A stretch of 64,000 bases of DNA from assembly GCA_964508605.1 (NCBI GenBank), contig CAZDUI010000003.1, forward strand, positions 42,454 through 106,453, in the 5' to 3' direction. The position numbers and the translations under genes were made by a program. The notes under the pieces were generated by a model. It ran no database searches. It had not been told where the DNA came from and saw only the letters and a program-made list of their open reading frames with translations. Source of the DNA: an uncultured Weeksellaceae bacterium (GTDB lineage Bacteria > Bacteroidota > Bacteroidia > Flavobacteriales_D > CAZDUI01). Shown piece after piece: positions 30,590 through 39,800 of the stretch. Numbering within the stretch: the first letter of the stretch is position 1; the number at the start of each line of letters is the position of its first letter.

Positions 30590-31171
30590 ATGACAGAATG
30601 GTGGTCGCAACTTTCAGGAATGGAACAGGTTTATTGGGGATTTGCCATTCCGGCAACCATAATATTCCTTGTTCTTTTGGTACTTACGTTAATTGGCGGT
30701 GAAGCGGAACACGTAGACATCAACACTGACGTTGATTTAGATGGTGACGCTACTCCCGGAGGATTTCAGTTTATTACTGTCAAAAATCTGGTAGGTTTTT
30801 TCACCGTTTTCGGATGGGCAGGCATTTCGGCACTGCAGGGTGGAGCCGGAAACACCACATCCCTCATTATTGCTTCTGCATCGGGTTTTGGAATGATGTT
30901 GCTAATGGCTGCTTTGTTTTATTATATGAGCAAACTTCAGCACAGCGGAACATTGAACGTTTCAAATGCTATGAATATGACGGGTGAGGTTTACTTAACT
31001 ATTCCCGCTTCTAAGAAGGGCTTGGGAAAAGTGCAAATTAAAATACAGGGTTCGTTGCGCGAATTGGAAGCAATGACCGACGAAAACGAAGAAATTCCAA
31101 CAGGAAGAGCAATTCAGGTTACAGGTATTACACAAAGTGATATTTTAATAGTTAGAACAATAAATAATTGA
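30590..31171 (+). CDS. NfeD-like / YqiJ-family membrane protein (flotillin partner)
   Basis: 193 aa; N-terminal TM helices and a C-terminal beta-rich OB-like domain; 4-nt gap to the flotillin gene. Confidence 0.55.
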   Translation: MTEWWSQLSGMEQVYWGFAIPATIIFLVLLVLTLIGGEAEHVDINTDVDLDGDATPGGFQFITVKNLVGFFTVFGWAGISALQGGAGNTTSLIIASASGFGMMLLMAALFYYMSKLQHSGTLNVSNAMNMTGEVYLTIPASKKGLGKVQIKIQGSLRELEAMTDENEEIPTGRAIQVTGITQSDILIVRTINN

Positions 31172-31175
31172 AGTT

Positions 31176-32825
31176 ATGATGTTAATGGCAGATGAATTTA
31201 TACCCGGAGTAAGTGAGAGCCTTGTGGTTTTGATTGGCCTGATTGTGGGCTTTATTGTATTGATTCTGCTTACGTTTGCAAGACGTTACAGGCGGTGTCC
31301 TTCTGATAAAATTCTTGTTGTTTACGGCAAGGTGGGCGGCGATCAGCGTTCCGCACGCTGTATTCATGGTGGTGCTGCGTTTATTTGGCCCATCATTCAG
31401 GATTTTGCTTTTCTTGAATTAAAGCCGATTCCAATTGAAGTAAATCTTACCAATGCCCTGTCCAAGCAAAACATTCGTGTAGACGTACCGTCCAGGTTTA
31501 CCGTGGGTATTTCAACCGAGCCTGCCATTATGAACAATGCTGCCGAACGCTTGCTTGGCTTGACACCATCGCAGATACATGACATTGCCAGGGATATAAT
31601 TTTTGGACAACTCAGATTGGTCGTGGCTACAATGGATATTGAAGAAATTAACAGCAATCGCGATAAATTTCTTGCGAATGTTAGTGCCAACGTTGAACAG
31701 GAATTGAAAAAAATAGGTCTTCGACTTATTAACGTAAACGTAACCGATATTAAGGACGAGTCGGGGTATATTGAGGCACTGGGTAAAGAAGCAGCTGCTA
31801 AAGCCATTAACGATGCCCGTAAGAGTGTGGCTGAAAAGAACCGCGACGGTTCCATTGGTGAAGCCAACGCGATGCAAGACCAAAGGGTTCAGGTTGCCGA
31901 TGCAAATGCGCTTGCCAAAATTGGTGAAGCACAGGCACAACAGAAAGAAAGGGTAGAAATTTCAACCGCAAATGCAGAGGGAGCCATTGGTGAAGCGAAT
32001 GCAAATCAGTTGGAAAGAGTTCAGACGGCAGATGCTGAATCAAAAGCTAAAATTGGTGAAGCGCAAGCAAAACAGCGGGAACGCGTGGAAACAGCTGAAG
32101 CCAATGCACGTGCCATTGAAGGCGAAAACACTTCAAAAATAGCCATTGCTGAATCGGATGCTGCGCGTCGTGAAAAACAAGCTGAAGCTGAAAGAAGGGC
32201 TATTGCATCAGAAAAAGTACAGGCAGCAAAGGCATTGGAAGAAGCATACAGTGCTGAAAAACATGCTGAAATTGTTCGTGCTGAAAGAGAAAAGGCTTCA
32301 CAAAATGCCGACATCATTGTTCCTTCGGTAATTGCCAAAGAGAAGGCAGAAATTGATGCTGAAGCCCGTGCCGAGCAGATTCGAAGAATAGCCAAAGGTG
32401 AAGCCGATGCGTTATTGATGAGAAAACAGGCCGAAGCACAAGGTTTGTATGAAGTACTTACCAAACAGGCTGAAGGTCTTGACAGAATTGTTAAAGCGGC
32501 AGGCGATGATGCACGTAATGCTGTGTTGCTGTTGATTGCTGATAAGCTTCCGGAATTGGTTAAAACGCAGGCCGAAGCTATCAAGAATATTAAAATTGAC
32601 AAAATTACTGTTTGGGACGGTGGTTCGGGAACCGACGGAAAGACCAACACAGCCAACTTTATATCAGGACTGTATAAATCAGTGCCGCCACTTGAAGATA
32701 TGTTTAATATGGCAGGCATGGAGCTGCCGGCTTATCTGAGAAAGAAGACAGAACCACTGCCAGAGACAACCCAAGTGACAGATAAAGATTCTGCTGCGAG
32801 TGACGAAGAAAAACCGGTTCAGTAA
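31176..32825 (+). CDS. flotillin family protein (SPFH/band-7 domain; YqiK/FloT-like)
   Basis: N-terminal TM; SPFH domain; a long EA-rich coiled coil with three ~30-aa IGEA(N/Q)A... repeats; C-terminal tail. Confidence 0.8.
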   Translation: MMLMADEFIPGVSESLVVLIGLIVGFIVLILLTFARRYRRCPSDKILVVYGKVGGDQRSARCIHGGAAFIWPIIQDFAFLELKPIPIEVNLTNALSKQNIRVDVPSRFTVGISTEPAIMNNAAERLLGLTPSQIHDIARDIIFGQLRLVVATMDIEEINSNRDKFLANVSANVEQELKKIGLRLINVNVTDIKDESGYIEALGKEAAAKAINDARKSVAEKNRDGSIGEANAMQDQRVQVADANALAKIGEAQAQQKERVEISTANAEGAIGEANANQLERVQTADAESKAKIGEAQAKQRERVETAEANARAIEGENTSKIAIAESDAARREKQAEAERRAIASEKVQAAKALEEAYSAEKHAEIVRAEREKASQNADIIVPSVIAKEKAEIDAEARAEQIRRIAKGEADALLMRKQAEAQGLYEVLTKQAEGLDRIVKAAGDDARNAVLLLIADKLPELVKTQAEAIKNIKIDKITVWDGGSGTDGKTNTANFISGLYKSVPPLEDMFNMAGMELPAYLRKKTEPLPETTQVTDKDSAASDEEKPVQ

Positions 32826-32849
32826 TTTCTAAAGAATCCGGTTTTATTC

Positions 32850-35800
32850 ATGCGTAAATTACTATTTATATTGCTTGTTTTGACGCATATGCGTGCAAAT
32901 ACGCAAGACAATATACGGTTTCTGAATATTGACATTAACAGTGGTATTTCTCAAAGTTCAGTAAATGCAATCTTACAAGACCAGTTGGGATTTGTTTGGT
33001 TTGCAACGCAAGATGGATTAAACAGGTTTGATGGTTATCGGTTTAAAGTTTATCGGAATAATCCCGATAACAGCAATACCATTAGCAATAATTTTGTTCA
33101 GTGCCTTGAACAGGACGAAACCGGTATTATTTGGGTAGGTACGCAAAGCGGATTGAATTCCTTTGATCCGGAAACAGAAAGATTTAACAGGTATGCCGCC
33201 GGAGAACAATCAGGATTGGGAAGCAATAAAATTACGACTGTCTTTTATTCAGGTTCGCATAGATTGTTTATTGGCACTCAGGATGCGGGTCTATATGAAA
33301 GAACCGGTGAAAGTAAGTTCAATAAGGTAAAACTCGATGCCTCCGGGGTGCGTTCTGTTTTTGAGGATGCTGCCGGAAGAATTTGGGTTTGTTCAAACAA
33401 CGGTTTGTATTTAAACAATGAAGGAGAGTACAGGAGAATAATGCCTAACAACATCGGGGAAGCCTGGACCATTACGGAAGATACATCAGGGGTATTCTGG
33501 GTGGGAAATATTAATGGTTTATACCGACTGACACCTGCAGGGAAGGAATTTTTATTTGAAGAATTTCAAAACATCACGTATCTGGCCAATTTTCCGGGAA
33601 TTCGCTGCTTAAAAACCGACGGTGACAATAATATCTGGGTTGGAACCAACGGAAAAGGGGTATTTAGTTTTTCGGCTTCAGAAGACGAACCAGCCATTCA
33701 CCGGTACCGCAAGCAGAGTTTCAATCCGTATAGTTTGCAAAGCGATGAAGTGTATTGTTTGGTTGAAGACCACCAGGGTATTTTATGGATAGGTACAAAA
33801 GACGGGGTGAGCCGTTTTGACAGAATTCGTCAGGGTTTTTTACACGTAGCCCGCGATTATGACAACATCAATTCGCTGCACGACAATACTATCTGGAGTT
33901 TTCAGGAGAGTTCGCCCAATAAATTACTGATAGGAACCCGTAGAGGTGTAACCCTTTGGAATAGAGGTACAGGTGAATTCTATGAATTTCAGCGGGAAGC
34001 AAATAATCCTAATACTCCCAACGATAACAGTGTGCTGTCTTTGTGTGTTGACAAACAGGGCAACATATATACAGGTTATGTAGATGGGGTATTTCGTTTG
34101 GTTATCGACCCTGAGGGAAGAGGAACTTTTAGCGAAATAAAAATCAGGGACAACACACCGGCGGGTGCCGATATGCGGGTGTATGCAATTAAAGAAGACA
34201 ATCAAAACAGGTTGTGGATTGGTACCCGCGAAGGGTTGGCAGTTTACGATAAAAAGACAGGCAAATCTGTTTTTTACAGGAACAATCCGGAAGACAGCAA
34301 AAGCCTTCCTGAGAACATGATTCGTGCGGTGTACATTAATTCACAGAACGATATCTGGATTGGAACGGATGGTGGCGGGTTGTGCAGGGTGATTGAACGT
34401 AATGGAAGAATGGAATTTATTGCATTCAACAAGCAATCAGAAATTCAAATTCCAAGCAATTCAGTATTGTCTGTTTGGGAAGAGAAACCGGGTATTCTTT
34501 GGTTGGGAACATACGGAGGGGGGCTAATCAGGTTTGATTACAAGAACAAAAAGTATTCAGTGTTTTCTGAAGTAAGCCACGGCCTGGCGAATGATGTAAT
34601 ATATGGAATACTGGGTGATAATAAGAATAATTTATGGCTAAGTACTAATAGCGGGCTTTGCAGGTTTAATATAAAAAACCTGAATGTAAAAAACTTTAAG
34701 CAAAAGGACGGAATTCAAAGCAACGAATTCAACATCGGTGCTTATGGTATCACTTCTCAGGGTGAGTTTTTGTTCGGTGGAATCAACGGGTTCAATGTTT
34801 TTCACCCGGAGCAGATTCGGACGAATATGTTTGCACCCAAAATGGTGTTCACCGATTTTTTAATCAATAATGAACCCTATGTAATTGGCGCAAACTCTGA
34901 TTTTGAAAAGGCGCTAACCTATACCCATCAAATTAATCTGAATCACAAGGACAACAAATTTACAATAGAATTTGCAGCACTTCATTATAGCGACCCTGAT
35001 GGAAATCAGTATAAATATAAATTGGTGGGTATTGATAAGGACTATACCTACACGAAAGGTGGCGACCGCAGAGCAAATTATTCGAATTTACCTCCCGGTG
35101 AATATACTTTTGAATTATACGGAGCAAACAGCGATGGCCGGTGGAGTAAAGAACCGGTGAAGTTGAAAGTTGTAATTATTGCGCCATACTGGCGTACCGA
35201 TTGGTTTCAGGGAGTGGTGATTCTTATTATTTTAAGTGCAACATTTTACGTGTTTATGCGGCAGGTTAAAGAGATACGGCAACAGAAGATGCGATTGGAG
35301 AGATTAGTGGAAGAGCGCACGCGTGAGGTAATCCAGCAAAAGGAGAAAATTGAAGAGCAGACGGCCATGTTGAAAATGGAAAAAGAGAAAGTTGAGAAGT
35401 TATTGCTGAATGTGTTACCCGAGCAAACAGCAGATGAATTAAAAAGCAAGGGGAAGGCCCAGGCCCGTAGTTATAAACAGGTAACCATAATGTTTACCGA
35501 TTTTAAGAACTTTACCAAGCTGGCTGAACAATTCCGGCCACCCGAGCTGGTAGAGCGTTTAGATGCTTACTTCAGTAAGTTTGATGATATTATCAGCAAA
35601 TATCAGCTCGAAAAAATTAAGACGATTGGAGATGCATATATGTGTGCGGGCGGCGTTCCTGTGAGAAATGCTGAAAATCCAATTTATACAACACTGGCGG
35701 CACTTGAAATTCAGGATTATATAAAGAAAGATAAAGAGGAGAGGTTGGCTGCGAATGAAATACCCTGGGAACTGAGAATTGGTATCAATACCGGCGAAGT

Positions 35801-36698
35801 GGTTGCCGGGGTGATAGGGTCAAAGAGATTTGCATACGATGTATGGGGTAATGCCGTAAATGTGGCCGCCAGAATGGAAACGGCTAGCGAACCGGGCAAA
35901 GTTAACGTTTCGGGAAAAACCTTTGAATTAATTGAACCCTTCTTTGAATGTACCTACCGTGGTAAAATTCCGGCAAAAAACAAAGGACATATTGATATGT
36001 TCTTTGTTGAGCGGATTAAGCCGGAATTGAGTGTTAACGGCGAAGGTTTATATCCGTCTCAGGCCTTTTGGGATTACGTAAATCTGCATTTATTCAGCAG
36101 TATTAACTATATGAAAGCAGAGCGGTTTATTATGAAACTGCTTGAGAAAAAATTATCGCCAAAACTACATTATCACAGTATAGCCCATACCCGTGATGTA
36201 ACCAAAGCTGCTGAAAGAATTGCGTTGATGGAGGGTGTGCGCGGCGAAGACCTGTTCCTGTTACAAACAGCGGCTACCTATCATGATGCCGGTTTTGTGG
36301 AACGGTATGAGGCCAATGAACCCATTGGAGTGCGTATGGCACGCGATATTCTTCCCAGATATGGGTATGAACCCGATCAAATTGATATTGTTGCCGGTTT
36401 AATCTATGCCACCCGCATCCCTCATGCGCCCAAAAGTCACCTGCAGGAAATTATTTGTGATGCCGACTTGGATTATTTGGGAAGAGATGATTTTCATGAA
36501 ATTGCCGATAAATTAAGAATAGAATTGCGCGAGCACGGAAAAATAAACAGCGACCGCATGTGGGATGAAATCCAGGTGAAATTTCTTACTCAACATAAAT
36601 ACTTCACCCGTTCTGCCATAAAATTAAGACAGGAAAAAAAGGAAAAGCACATTGAAGAGATTAAGGAAAAGCTCAAGGTGCATCAGTATGCGGATTAA
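32850..36698 (+). CDS. multidomain sensor: signal peptide, two-component-regulator beta-propeller (Reg_prop repeats), Y_Y_Y domain, TM, coiled coil, class III adenylate/guanylate cyclase, C-terminal HD phosphohydrolase domain
   Basis: Recurrent W.GT..GL..(F/Y) propeller repeats; Y_Y_Y region (KYKLVGIDKDYTYT...YTFELYGANSDGRWS); TM VVILIILSATFYVF; cyclase motifs VTIMFTDFKNFT and IKTIGDAYMCAGG; HD motifs HSIAHTRDV...YHDAGF...ICDADLD. Confidence 0.75.
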   Translation: MRKLLFILLVLTHMRANTQDNIRFLNIDINSGISQSSVNAILQDQLGFVWFATQDGLNRFDGYRFKVYRNNPDNSNTISNNFVQCLEQDETGIIWVGTQSGLNSFDPETERFNRYAAGEQSGLGSNKITTVFYSGSHRLFIGTQDAGLYERTGESKFNKVKLDASGVRSVFEDAAGRIWVCSNNGLYLNNEGEYRRIMPNNIGEAWTITEDTSGVFWVGNINGLYRLTPAGKEFLFEEFQNITYLANFPGIRCLKTDGDNNIWVGTNGKGVFSFSASEDEPAIHRYRKQSFNPYSLQSDEVYCLVEDHQGILWIGTKDGVSRFDRIRQGFLHVARDYDNINSLHDNTIWSFQESSPNKLLIGTRRGVTLWNRGTGEFYEFQREANNPNTPNDNSVLSLCVDKQGNIYTGYVDGVFRLVIDPEGRGTFSEIKIRDNTPAGADMRVYAIKEDNQNRLWIGTREGLAVYDKKTGKSVFYRNNPEDSKSLPENMIRAVYINSQNDIWIGTDGGGLCRVIERNGRMEFIAFNKQSEIQIPSNSVLSVWEEKPGILWLGTYGGGLIRFDYKNKKYSVFSEVSHGLANDVIYGILGDNKNNLWLSTNSGLCRFNIKNLNVKNFKQKDGIQSNEFNIGAYGITSQGEFLFGGINGFNVFHPEQIRTNMFAPKMVFTDFLINNEPYVIGANSDFEKALTYTHQINLNHKDNKFTIEFAALHYSDPDGNQYKYKLVGIDKDYTYTKGGDRRANYSNLPPGEYTFELYGANSDGRWSKEPVKLKVVIIAPYWRTDWFQGVVILIILSATFYVFMRQVKEIRQQKMRLERLVEERTREVIQQKEKIEEQTAMLKMEKEKVEKLLLNVLPEQTADELKSKGKAQARSYKQVTIMFTDFKNFTKLAEQFRPPELVERLDAYFSKFDDIISKYQLEKIKTIGDAYMCAGGVPVRNAENPIYTTLAALEIQDYIKKDKEERLAANEIPWELRIGINTGEVVAGVIGSKRFAYDVWGNAVNVAARMETASEPGKVNVSGKTFELIEPFFECTYRGKIPAKNKGHIDMFFVERIKPELSVNGEGLYPSQAFWDYVNLHLFSSINYMKAERFIMKLLEKKLSPKLHYHSIAHTRDVTKAAERIALMEGVRGEDLFLLQTAATYHDAGFVERYEANEPIGVRMARDILPRYGYEPDQIDIVAGLIYATRIPHAPKSHLQEIICDADLDYLGRDDFHEIADKLRIELREHGKINSDRMWDEIQVKFLTQHKYFTRSAIKLRQEKKEKHIEEIKEKLKVHQYAD

Positions 36699-36841
36699 CG
36701 AGATAGTCCGTCCCGGACAGGGATTCACAGCACATACTTCCATCAGCCAATGTTAATTTTTTCAGAACATAACCGTGTTATTTTCTGTTGTTTGGAATTG
36801 TCATTACATTTACATCGTTTAATAGGTTCAAACATTAAGTT

Positions 36842-39800
36842 ATGAAAGTTTTATTGGGTTTAATATTTGCGGTTTTAACACTATTACAGGCCAACGCAAT
36901 TTCCTACACTTGGAATGGGGTCATCTCATCTGACTGGAATACAGCTACAAACTGGACTCCCGCTGGGATACCGGGATTAGGTGATGATGTAATTGTTGTG
37001 GCGGCACCAAATAATTGTGGTTTAGATGCACCACGAACCATACTAACAATTACTGTGAATTCGGGTACTTTAGATTTAAACACAAACACATTGATGGTAA
37101 CATCAACCACCACCCTGACAGGAGGTAATGTAGATAACGGAGTGTTGACAGTTGTTGCCGCTTCTACCGACGTTGCCACCATGGGAGGTACCGTATTTGG
37201 AGGTGCTTCTTTTTTGAATATTACCTCAGGAAGAATAATATTGAATGGTGGTCAATACAGCGGCCCCGTAGTTTTAGAGCAGACCGGTTCAACCAACACC
37301 GGTGGTACCGGTAACGCTACGTTTAATGCATCTCTGTCGTTTACATTGTCGGGTACCGGATACTGGAGAATTGCAGGGAACTCTGTCTTTAACAGTACCG
37401 TGACCTATATAAATAACGGAGGTAGTTATATTCTGCCTGAACTTTCTGCAGCCAATACTTATAACGGTACTTTGAGTGTTCAAAACAATTCTTCGTCTAA
37501 TATAAGACTTGCATATAACGGCGCCAACCAGTATTTTGGTGATATTGATATTTCCAATACATCTACCGGTTCAGTCCTTTTTTGTGAACTGACTACGGGT
37601 TCTGCATCTCTTCAAGGAGCGGCAACATTGTTTGCCGGAGCCGGCGGAATAAATTCGGGTAGCATAACGTTAAGAAGAATTACACAAGTGAACCCCACTG
37701 CCATTAATCTTTCCGGTGGCCTAAATGCAACTATCAATATAACAGATTGCGTGTGGCAGGGTAATGTTAGTTTCGCAAGTGGCAGACTTACCACCAATGG
37801 CTCCGTATATAATGGACCTGCTCGTCTCGAAAAAACATCAATAACTGCTGACTACAGCGGAGGTAATACTTTTAACAGTACAGCAAATCTGGTTCATACG
37901 GGTTCTGTGAACTCTTTCCGGTTCGGAAGGACTAATCCCGACACTTTTAATGGAGATGTTTTAATAGAAAACTATAACGATGGTCATATTCGGCTAGCTG
38001 ACAATACTACAGGCAATGCTATAAACGGTGATCTTACAGTAATCAATAACTCAACCAATTGGGTATATTTTTGTAATGAAGGCACCTCTGATCTTTTGAT
38101 AAACGGAAATATTGAATTTAATTCAACAGGGTCATCTTTGGGTGTTAGTTTTGGAACGAGCGGTAATCCGGTAACCCAGGCTGCAGGTTTTAATCTAACT
38201 ATAGGCGCAACAGGTTGGGATGCCGGAGAATTGAGATTTACTGATTTTGTTCAATCCGGAGCATCAGCAGTAAATTTAACCCTAAACGGTAATGGCTTCT
38301 TTAATTCCGTAAATTCGGACTGGGCGGGAAATATGTCTGTAATAGCGCCACGAATTCGTACAAGCTTTTCTGATTTTCAAGGCACTGTGTCGTTTGAAAA
38401 GACCAGTGGAACAGATGATGTTTCTGGTGGTAATGTGTTTCATCAGAACACGTTGCTAATTCACAGCGGTGCAAATGATTTCAGATTCGGGCAAACCAAT
38501 GCCGATATGTTCCATCAACAGTTGCGTGCAAGAAACAATGGTACAGGCACCGTTTATCTGGCGTATAATTCGGCGGGAAATCAATTCAACGGCAATGTGC
38601 TTTTTGAAAACATTACCGGTGGCGGGGTATATGTTTGCGAAAATTCGGGTACAGCAACCCTGGCTAACGGATTTTCATTCCAGGTAGGTCCACTGGGTTT
38701 TGCAAATGGTCAGTTACGAATTCGCAATACCACTCAAATAGGTAATACAGCCCAGAATATTACTACAAGCGGAGCTTCTCGAATTATATTGTCAGATAAT
38801 TCCTTTGACGGAGCGGTAGCCTTTACCAGCGAACGAATGTTTCTTAGCGGAAATACATTTAATTCTCAGGCCGTGTTTACAAAAAACGGAGCAGGTAATG
38901 ACGCTTCTGCCGGTGGAAATATTTTTAACGGACCTACTTTCCTTTCACTTTCAGGTACCGGCTATTTTTTAATGGCCAATGTGAATCCAGATATTTTTAA
39001 TGACGACCTTTCGGTGAATAATTCTGGTTCAGAATTCGTACATCTTTCATATAATGCTGCCGGAAATGAATTTAACGGTGATGTAACGTTTGAGTCGGTG
39101 GGTAGTGCCGGTGTCAGAATAGGAATAAATGGTGGCACAACAACACTTGCAAATGGCTCAACATTAACTGTGGGTGCTTTGGGTTATAATTCCGGTGAGC
39201 TGCGTTTTCAAAATTTTACGCAATTGGGCAATACACCACAAACGCTGGCGCTGAGCGGTACCTCCCGGTTGCTTTGTCTTGAATCGGTATGGAATGGTAA
39301 TGTTTCCTTTGAATCTCCACGTGTTTATACCCGCGGAACAGTGTATAACGGTACTGCTCTTTGGCATAAAACAGGCACTACAGATGATGGTTGCGCGGGC
39401 AATAATATCTTTAATCAACCAACTCAGATTTTAAATTCATCTGCTTCTATTTTATACTTCAGCCAAACAAATCCCGATATTTTTAATGCTTCGCTTTCAA
39501 TAAGAAATACAGGCACATCCACTATCAGATTGGCTGAAAGTTCTACAGGTAACCAGTTTAACGGAGATATTACTATAGAATCAACGGGTAGCGGTGGAAT
39601 CTTTTTTGGCCAGGGTGGAGGCGATGCCTTTTTGGCAAACGGTTTTACAGTAACCGTAGGTGCACCGGGCTTTGACTCCGGAGAGTTAAGATTCAATAAA
39701 TTTACACAGCTTGGCAATACTGCACAGAATATAACATTAACCGGAACTGCATATTTGTTGAATATGGAAAGTAATTGGAACGGAACTGTAAGTTTTGCTG

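Noticed and set aside
31397-32719. Minus-strand ORFs (156, 142 and 232 aa; Ala/Ser-rich) inside the flotillin gene
   Set aside because: They are antisense to the EA-rich coiled-coil repeats of flotillin. They are a typical antisense artefact of repetitive GC-skewed codons.
36699-36760. Possible terminator hairpin after the cyclase-HD gene (TCCGTCCCGGACAGGGA)
   Set aside because: The sequence is not actually self-complementary over more than 4 bp and has no U-tract.
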